Positions 57,401 through 60,639 of a stretch of 64,000 nt of DNA are shown here, one piece after another. Within the stretch, counting starts at the first letter, position 1. Every line of letters begins with the position of its first letter. The stretch is from Histomonas meleagridis 2922-C6/04-290x (taxonomy: Eukaryota > Protista > Parabasalia). Location of the stretch: positions 1 to 64,000 of the forward strand of contig JAANOX010000151.1 of the NCBI GenBank assembly GCA_020184695.1, given 5' to 3'. A model generated the notes under the pieces. That model was not told the DNA's origin. It was given only the letters and a program-made list of their open reading frames with translations, and ran no database searches. The translations under genes were made by a program, and so were the position numbers.

Positions 57401-57696
57401 ATTTTTATAAAATTATATAAAGAACCATTTGAATAAAACGGTGATAAAATATAACCATCTTTTGATGGTTCAGGTTCTGAGATATGAACAATACGTCCAA
57501 TATATTGATGAGTAAATTCATTGTATTTATTATATATTTCTTGAAATGATGTAATTCCTTGAGGAATGGTTCTCAGAACGAATTTATCATCTGTAAGTTT
57601 GCTTTTAAACATCAATGTTTTGGATTGACTGCTATTATGATTAGTTATTTCTTGTATTTTCTCATACTCATTCAGATATTCGTCTTGAGCTAACAT
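39499..57696 (-). CDS. Giant 6065-aa protein: pseudokinase - SEL1 - six tandem midasin-type AAA+ modules - long linker - vWA - vWA - alpha/beta domain - vWA
   Basis: Kinase-like YMAPEIL and KSDVYSFG. SEL1-like MYYFGVELYEG. Walker A motifs at about 56300 (GPTGTSKT), 55440 (GREGCGKT), 54285 (GPTGAGKT), 53290 (GNSGFKT), 52135 (GQPGQGKE) and 51200 (GNTASGKS). vWA motifs VDCSS/FTDG, IDPSIS/ITDG and IDCSGS/VTDG. Confidence 0.9.
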   Translation of the reverse strand: MLAQDEYLNEYEKIQEITNHNSSQSKTLMFKSKLTDDKFVLRTIPQGITSFQEIYNKYNEFTHQYIGRIVHISEPEPSKDGYILSPFYSNGSLYNFIKILENGFIPEGWNPFNKILLGISSFMESLHEANLIHGRLTSFNIFLNDNFEPIITDLMYYLIFPNDYQNHEDDKVLIYMAPEILRSNDYTQKSDVYSFGIIMLQLLTMNFEIFLVNGIEEEELYQSISQFTVPFITISIDKYYSLIQQCLSTEPTSRPTFSEIKAILQNVSKETQVQDEINYQKYIMKIKAYQNVLTQELIDKKRHADEGDAEDMYYFGVELYEGRNFPKKKAEGIKYLQRAARKNNESAIKYLQVIFNEDNEILTSNNDPQEEDDIDDIIDNNDKENSEEFNLLSDPYFDEKEIDIDSIIEKIKENINLQTQFEFGEKEKEELIKQNFIFTEGAKERLLKLYDCLSIGIPVLLEGPTGTSKTLSAEVVCKLLNKEMIRFNLSSETKTSDLLGRYVGEPNSWSGITVKAGPFLQAFSEGKCLLLDEINLASPSVLQCIEEALDSGVISVEISGMPLKEIKMHSEFRLIATQNPNKGLFANKRQDLGIKFLSRFQIINFPSFTKDELLKIGQGLAKRFNLNVNSEYIIQQLVDFHMTWQKEGEVLKDIQCFTIREIAATIRAIADDENIHDSIMTIYGARYQKNIRQKLETKLNGYNSLRSNSIKKFEYPPDFPQCFHNKTLSTTLKSIMFSFKNHRHVILTGREGCGKTQLARWVSEYYDTKDNKKQNNTKEFFCVCTDETKCSDLIGKQKPIENADADQELITWKPGFLTEAIKNGNCAILDSIDEAPATVTERLNSLLDQKYDGKDKIFYIPENPQESQILINPNFKLICTCDIEKIHLISPAFLNRFDVIVLEDQLEGLTEQEQKELIKILMNSYNRNKQQDDNENNQDENQLYQIIISNQNNENKENEENSQTSSNKSSENSDDENNGSYDSEYEYNEEESEISTQDLNESNVNEDEPQHDSSTIKSQEYEPSDEIVNLTYEYFSQNKMNISQLAFLCKAVSKYSKTIPKEFVSPEEIIKFSVQMLNRTEDFQLNETIREYLIHELKESDDNQFFFKNSKPLSEFIAKIYAASLIGLPVCVSGPTGAGKTSAARAFSKIRPIKSERENGFQMHSFHSGTKPSHFYGTTTIKKGKVYFYDGPLTLSMMEGLTFIADEMNLSSSECMKSLAPALEPSKGKRIFISGVGESIPFNEEFFFIACQNELGTIGRNAIPDSISSRFRYFTYPKQEKEDISNICVEILNSCYKDAKPTLINEENAKRIGEYMIELNKLKQNIIPQWSLRDITKLFIRIHRQDMNPENYYQNLTFYHHILFYTLSPVSDIEIDKIIDDILNLIVGEFSIKDKRQELKNCYISKPTITKINGESFIMKGNTGISFEVFPSKMKTESLTKKHKSLLNCAFKLLLSDITEPILLMGNSGFKTFLAQQFLMEAKVITLNQETTISQLLGSSSFFTDIESRLFYLENICKICQINKYQELKNKLLNKTLKEKDITDLIKDIMNIIPKSFKYAVNHLIKKLFAKEKENNCVISNITLEFRPGLFLTAILERKSLILKNLSNLPTIVLERFNELLSGNHNLTLNEDIHNTFTSKKNKEITDFNQSFRIIATCPANSPVKLSEAVLSRFTVISVPEYQQKEQKSVLKNYIRINKLKCSDLEIDFIQDISTEFEEKFQKQFTFPQMLKAIEMLNKFPHETNSSKVSINLGLIIYRLCSGLLEHQKQREKLFELFKLKIKLPELLEDFNENPFILCEENGYQGLKSKITGLFIKSTNNRNIEFTGKFTEMLDVLQLGIFTHIPVIFEGQPGQGKETAINYIGNSLGYEVVNIIISQSTKVDDLLGRITINRDNENKIHVNMIETKLVKAIKSNETKIIIVFHNINNASPAVLELMVNIFDTNQKHVLLPNGTTIDKGEMNLIAIFDPQNGFSNRYRLPSSLIISSIYHIVFNPTKEDISNIIAKQFSTYQFCNEASKFYEYFLKTNRICNKFNLNQNLTLNDISKYILFRNITYKCFKKIIISQMIFAYRFTQEEDIQQVLTSLQMKDMKFNPVFKYDSNELIICLTGDNKHVIKIPIETKNINQEEIQANIKSLTLAQKHCLLFLAFSYLTNRACVIQGNTASGKSHIVRLFTKMIGRKLNVYQMNADTGISALIGQSILDNSLTREDIHLLKQTIAKLSEFDQFKEYIEENINENPKYWTPKIFKDLLELIKKNSLKDFDEYKQNFIQTAVRDIKNVIQPANRFHHVDSTIVKAIQNGEIILIDGIESAPTVIAEKISSLCGDDPELNLYECGQDYYFTKNGKPNSKPIHKDFRLIIIYNPTSTNENKMIDQSFLNKCVSFTLPQIDSREEYSAQILYGSLVKNLYPELSIQIGARMALMHSFAKHVSDNNRDLFAGDITFTGRTLKYIILNFIQQQKENKENYIRDIYLPICKSIKIYCNSLIDQGDKRLQFQNDLIDYFANNPSQNLIKSIDSSNLKERCKEILEFIRQIQMYIRNKTPFDNFLFNNFVKNCKFIQINDIESIQKHIKKTIEMINNFINKKQIRKDETKLYCGKFYLINIIYKIFEEIMEGFKQIRVQTISNYKLQDEDLLSYESIQKPILRFHLLTKLVEEDSYFTKYIPFELIRKGMFNIINIIDEMANEQKLETFDKFISNLKKNKKLIPTIESIFPYNKFISTSFQYICYWLPLIRILHEKKIHFSIEIKGKTYKFNYKNLKNKINPIFVFNEENSLLLSPQTKINYGKKYISLINNNNNIGSDLYEKLNQATYMLCKEFSLNQLRMNEDNIKESANKYIKSGAENPRKNQFGSLSLLFNLYFKKHQQTPMISKLWTLIYTFSSEDIQKLIKYLHPLESEILNDLSIILSKIETYENLNKIIDFTKSLISFGSPNSILWRIKINFYEHRQIMNETDAKNEISQIENEIKIINNVDKTFWNPNDYIQLLEKSKIPLKELIIQFCKDDEKKLIRSNIESLSEKLKDIEIQNREIKSIKDQIITRLINVSDQNITEKYYKLCERMVNKLLEYIKHGESLNFHSIEWPTYTPLGSTNGTNTRQMKIYENIVWYSKIHRKFMEIIDVNNSNIFETIMDLNEFPEMESVHKYLISCIFNNPNSNGNMKDTDFDIISSTLNAAFLYKMHQDNVDSEILKLDKILNDLANRNEVTEGEIKWAHDIGRKTEINFEIILPKFKPMDLIFMFINFINENEVQNGLFIQNCNKNEIIDSLKFIRHQNFRKFSKCAIEVAKSIYRNLYDFNFQAPNDIFEFKESIREKVADRKDSEQELLSSILYMFEIAERFDNIQEYQLEFPDIIFLEDNWMKNKEYINKNPSLIYWLCRNQKCAKQLQKLYSSQINKIKSQKNKMPFWIFVLRLISPINIISLDFNNPTTTNKIISEELHKSILKKIKERLNNQEIGTKWLNLLLSAVPHEFIDQDIGLLYSLWRSLSEDNIKLNEVLNQQKHNIIKEFINEIVNLTFDNNINDIINSKTNSKNETLKFIIDPNKYVKEKIKINTINKFKEIKTKEPSIKLLEFLEVQKSDFPKFVESFTQTIAEALNNIKKEHYENERNKKIKELKKKVSSYEKLFNMPDDKILQTNIDKAYQAIKGYNKLFDKSSSNKKTLIKTIPCHTDLLDIPSEYYPIAENINYEEFFPNESFKQFDPQIFIGSYNCCEFTKLLVEFKQKMRSIKDLFNAFENLENLNETILAIPRELYKSIKALQNSNVIILDSSNYKAEIQTEISKLNETLDQFLGYIDNFINIINDVEKYWNDVYQNKLPKMFSILYNIPFPSLISEKNIPSFRNIADSNFFSIPILSVSSNNKIICCFKSLNCPIGPIIPSLYEEKIFINFISFIDKSFSINVITNQEEYSDIFNANYNIKRGEVVHLPVPFPSLINNDKTEIEIQTEIHFTSQTYNELILPCKFNFILVPLSLLIKCEEYDLSYKDGRYQLCCQEALTNSTITFKFKNYYLEEKMNYETNIESLEGNTSDKPQIEPNEDQVTIKLPSASKMSRFHCNFYLKFSANLEICIHMDLLLVPFDFKFEIYDFSNKKFADKELILYYSEEVKEFQLRCRILSKLWIGKQNGNFDCNLPYGTNIPVIPEIFIQQKFDFDIIIKIDPQNLNNVNSNSNCKYYIMIESRNMKKMIYVKFQEAPKSVLYSKDSRNTKNIIPYNKKLDEDIMKRFPILAFYEEKWEKITINNQLDLTKVSCLITPFGFELETNPKISYNDDIINVSKGEITYVHGCKEGSYEKNNDPQYKRFNHDYFPIIGFDKKEQWFPAFTIYPEIDQDLDELEPKNENIEKATEILTKIKSQFAVKKYTDLKNVQLRKRDFSNFIFMLILKTRKKMYNIYNLIKILPNELQEMLQNQNMFSIPKGIQKKDLILKVYACNYIFKFYKIFKERYESLEKRNFMLYQAPSNEQIKEEMQKLRNEYFEIKQSAINNSDTIIYNRNVYIERDYNEKKQLLTQIPTEDSRSKCYLLTEFKKPEKKDNFDERDIIKPIIINQDTSIDSNELQIELPKISIPEDSNNETISSLIQFYQTCTQGAKVLPIHIRNLKMSSKTVDLKSTQEYFSKLTQIYRELPLKDHSFLSPYINDFSESFELTTSKLSRAGVDFSQINLPRKVIKASRRISKEFIQLPQKKPIFIEQRNWENTEKQKYDTKAINIFNSNELFVTETKTRTESKFESKLLDIQEKKENDNSIVYEQQNIQKFSEINYKNIINENQNVINKEKESEDINENNENNDSGKDFYIYDNQKTTKGGIETEQFDGITSQFTEMDGIERVINRMKSMENEEDNVIQKSNGYNIRNELLIPKSNNYTIKDLIQQSYYLSSLFVKVASDCTIPYSNICANILVDCSSFISDENKIFNMLIICALTCALSSMEIPYSVILIADERFKCVIKSFEENHSYIILQRILDCILIKRYRTNLINSVQFAIDSIPKSILETRPNVAFFTFTDGIDENLVRTKVWAKLLSNPNFSYGFIFIKSKQLKGENLEFIEEKWHNFENETKEYKAQSLIIVTPIQAEFNEEIDNSLLNMFADVMERKESQQLPPKYKEITLAEIPEDIPELKDINHFESLLKNVDFTKLEGIYSGRTNVLNTVNNHVNQLEMSHYRNKTNKIISISKMNDKKEFETFLHDFIEIKRIHNSSLETVFKPNKASQSVLSSTGTDFDITALILNILNPVPDPLIYLVEKGGLKRNYDVTIIIDPSISCFNELSEAHTIQTIRNLLSILTNIDLPCFNLIIAGSPAPNILCSGINTFEALNIKSPLWESLFSILKNPKTNIDLASAIHTAFDLKRLQSTDHSSLLFIITDGLYQQNERKLIIEEVNLCVQYGINTIGIGVGIYPKGIENLFSQVVYSPNPLSLLRTIASLFSDDSLDKLDEIRLIHGSEPNQMEMHKIIEDLIRNQNNLSPFSELKKELHDIIPTLDAFSDFYNEEKDVGNAEKGFINPTGPNTEMYTKNLLEGQKILIVMLWSNELSGKEKKYVNPKYIFEPKDGQTECIKTAVEYFGIEIKVVLNYYDAIQELTKQTTQGFCDYYATWVICGPPYPILPQQNNPHADPNLVGQFIDVLILYWQNGGSIVFWAEGDPLHYQVNLFLQKARFKELEDKCSELRIGGEHKGGKILFGDETGGLSKPQSFNRNPKVFKEIQRFPLAHNLGKIFEGITISYVQDESKMSPFIPFSRDSSGGISSLFYPSHVTCDYGDIIIDCGFTKCFTKMNKDGTFKYIQNIAGWTARPEVHSRDKNIKPKYWRPKAVIYTVHEGIKWNGFSDIIKHRLFAIDCSGSVRGNIFYHSELRKIIENEYKPGDKIFIWSNLEHLQEKTRSQMEDFMNNKYGNEGTYSDLIADIVVTAGENYHDHLIIVTDGEVPFETVQAGDEKMKANKIKFKHVTTYLINNKSNEVNLSVGAPYSRSCPNETYLINAPDVKQKQVSLMKKDLDALNEIGNISTYQQFIENYKLLEEAIQAKTVGTKGDGQLQNDLDLMKQRIMDSNDEYDENEFQEKWNVLFNMASGAL

Positions 57697-58500
57697 TTAA
57701 AAAAAATGCCAAACATCACAACAAAGCTTAACGTACCATGACATAGCCACTTTTACCGATATACTCGCATTCAAAAAGTTACAGTGTCAAAATAATGTAC
57801 GATTAAAATCAATTGAAAATATCGAGAATTAACTAAATATTTGCTAGCGAGTATATACTCAAAAAGTGCATTAGTGACAAAACTAGAAGGTGCATTTACA
57901 AGTGAAAATCTTTAAATTTTTTAATTGAAACAAATTAGACTGGCTTGAAAAACTTGTAGACTGACAACTTAATATAGCCCACGCCTACAATTTGGCATTA
58001 TTCGTAGAGAACATTTATTAATATATATTTAATAGTTTTTTTCGATTTAATTTTGTAATTTTCGCAATATTCCTATTTTCACTCACTTCACCATTTAAAG
58101 TTAACACTAAAAAATCTTTTTTCTCGGTTTTCTTTGCTTATTTGAATTAATTCATGTTTTTGGGACTAAATATATGCATATAGAATTAGAAAAAGCTAGT
58201 CCATGCTTGGAGTTCTTTTTGAAAGAATTGGGCAAAATCATATTAAATGCATAAAACGAACTTTTTATATTAGACGTGTTTGGCCGATAGACTTCAACGA
58301 CCGTTATACAATGGAACTTTTTGAAAATAACGATAGATATGGTTTGCTTACAAAAAGTCGTTTACATCACGCTGGGTCATTTAATGTCAAAAATTCCTTC
58401 TTTCATGGCATTAATATCAAAGCCTACTCGTGTGCCACTCGAATTGCTTGATTTAAATTTGCATGAATATCTCCAAATTATTAATCTAAAAAATAACATT

Positions 58501-59199
58501 TCACCAATATTCAACCGCGCTTAATTGAATAATTTGTTCTTTCCCTTTTGATTCGGTTAAATACTTATCAAAACTCTCAGAAATTTTTTGTTGAATTAAT
58601 TCAGAATAGTCAGGATTCCTCTTACAAAACTCGAGTACAAGTTTTCTTCTTTCTTCGGCAATTCTTTCACGCTTTGCTAATGTTTTAAGGAAATCTCTTG
58701 GTAAATATGTAGATATTCCATCTGGCTCATCACCAAATGGAACCACAAGAGGACAAAAATCTGAGGGATCCATTAAGCTTGATGAAGCACCGGATTCATT
58801 GATTGGGTAATTCCAAAAATTTTTACCTGTAGGTAAAACAAATTTTGAAGCAGCATTATAGGGAGCAATAACAATGTTGTAAGAACCTTCAGAGACGATG
58901 GGTTGTGTATTTACGTATAGATATAAGTTGATATGGTGTGATTTTGATACTCTAATTGATTGAGAATATGATGTTACTTTGACTTGGCTAGACCTATCAA
59001 TTGTAACAATGTTTGCACTGCAAATAAAAATCAAGCTATCAGTACAATGTTTAATGATTATTGTATCAATTGGTTTTACAATGTATATATAAGAATTTTT
59101 GCAATTTTGTATTTCGATAGCATTTGAAGAATTTGATTTTACGCATATTGTTTTTGATTGGACATTTGCGATTTCTAGTGCTTTGGGTGTTTCTTCCAT
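58501..59199 (-). CDS. TBCC-domain protein, TBCCD1-like
   Basis: Beta-helix repeats IQNCKNSYIYI/IKHCTDSLIFI, IRVSKS...LYLYVNTQPIV and APYNA; tail DFCPLVVPF...LP..F...L..RE resembles the TBCCD1 C-terminus. Confidence 0.8.
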   Translation of the reverse strand: MEETPKALEIANVQSKTICVKSNSSNAIEIQNCKNSYIYIVKPIDTIIIKHCTDSLIFICSANIVTIDRSSQVKVTSYSQSIRVSKSHHINLYLYVNTQPIVSEGSYNIVIAPYNAASKFVLPTGKNFWNYPINESGASSSLMDPSDFCPLVVPFGDEPDGISTYLPRDFLKTLAKRERIAEERRKLVLEFCKRNPDYSELIQQKISESFDKYLTESKGKEQIIQLSAVEYW

Positions 59200-59528
59200 T
59201 TAAAAATTTAAACGTGCGCGCTTAACGTGTTGTTTGTTTAAATATTCAAAAAGTGTGTTTTTGGTGTGCACACCTTTATAATTATTTGTAATAAATCATG
59301 AAAGAACTTTAATAATAATGTTTGTCCGATAAATTTCAATAAAGATCCCGAGAATGCATGTATTCTCTTTTCTTTTTTCCCCAAAAGCACTGCTGCATTT
59401 TTTGCACAACGTTGAAAAATGGAAATAACAATCAAAAAATTTAACGTTGCCCATGACTGATCATAATGACTATATTCTTATATAATATAAACCAGTTAAT
59501 GTTCTAACAATAATTTATGATTTATTTT

Positions 59529-60476
59529 TTATTTATTAAGTATTTCGTTTATGAATGAATCTAAAGCTTCTTCATAAGCCTTTGTTTCTTTATAATAACT
59601 TTCACTATGTGCAGCACCTTTCACAATCAATTTCATCTTTTTAGAGGCAATGTTCTCATAAATTTCTTCTCCCATTGATAATGGAACGAATTCATCATTT
59701 TCGCCATGGATTAATAAAATTGGAACTTTCGCTTTCCTAACTTCAATCGCCGAATTACAATCAGACATTCCATACCCGGCGAATCTTTTGTTTATAATGT
59801 TCGAAATTTGGATAATTGGAAATGATGGAATATGATATTTTGTATTGAGAACATATTTAAACATTTCTGCAGCAGAAGTAAATGCGCAATCGGAAATGAT
59901 TCCTTTGACTTGTGGTGGAAGATCCAGACCGCTGGCCATAAGAACAGTGGCGCCGCCCATTGATATTCCATGTAGAAATATATTAATTGAATCTCCAAAT
60001 TTGTTTATTGTCCAAGTGATCCATTGTAAAGCATCATAACGATCCATGCAACCAAAGCCAACATATTTCCCTTCACTTTGACCATGCGCTCGTTCATCAA
60101 CAAGTAACATTCGAAAACCATGTGTTAAATAATAGTTTGATATGCTTGTATAATCAGTGATGCCTTGACTAGAGTAACCATGGAAACAAATAACGATTTT
60201 AGGCCCTTCAGGTCCTTTGAAATATGTTCCATGAAGACGTAGACCATCTTGTGATTCAGTCCAAACGTCTTCGTGGGACTGATTTAACATAAAAGATCTA
60301 CGCTCTGCCATCATAGGGTAGTATTTCTCCCAATCTACGCCAGACATTTTGATAACTTGTTTTTGATCAACACTTTTGCGTATCATTGTTGTTCTGTAAA
60401 AGTACGAAATTAAGGCAGCTTCAAATGCAATTAGAAGTCCGATAATTGCAATTATTATTTTGGCTGTGTTAACCAT
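59529..60476 (-). CDS. Membrane-anchored alpha/beta-fold hydrolase (YqkD-like, bacterial type)
   Basis: N-terminal TM, FHGY oxyanion motif, nucleophile GISMGG, IHGENDEFVP and GAAHSES (Ser-Asp-His triad); ATG at 60476. Confidence 0.92.
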   Translation of the reverse strand: MVNTAKIIIAIIGLLIAFEAALISYFYRTTMIRKSVDQKQVIKMSGVDWEKYYPMMAERRSFMLNQSHEDVWTESQDGLRLHGTYFKGPEGPKIVICFHGYSSQGITDYTSISNYYLTHGFRMLLVDERAHGQSEGKYVGFGCMDRYDALQWITWTINKFGDSINIFLHGISMGGATVLMASGLDLPPQVKGIISDCAFTSAAEMFKYVLNTKYHIPSFPIIQISNIINKRFAGYGMSDCNSAIEVRKAKVPILLIHGENDEFVPLSMGEEIYENIASKKMKLIVKGAAHSESYYKETKAYEEALDSFINEILNK

Positions 60477-60639
60477 TTTGTTCAAGAGGGGACTTTATTT
60501 TTGCCAGTTAAATAACCTCATATGGGAATAAACGGTCTTGTTCCAAAAGGTTTCTCAATATTTTAACAGATACTGTTAAAAAATTGAAGTATCAAAACTT
60601 TTTAGCTTAAAATTTAACCTACAATATCTTGATACTTTT

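Noticed and set aside
39499-57696. Calling the giant ORF the MDN1/midasin orthologue, or a viral/Maverick gene
   Set aside because: The kinase-SEL1 head, four degenerate Walker B motifs and three vWA domains do not fit MDN1; no polymerase, integrase, capsid genes or terminal repeats were seen.
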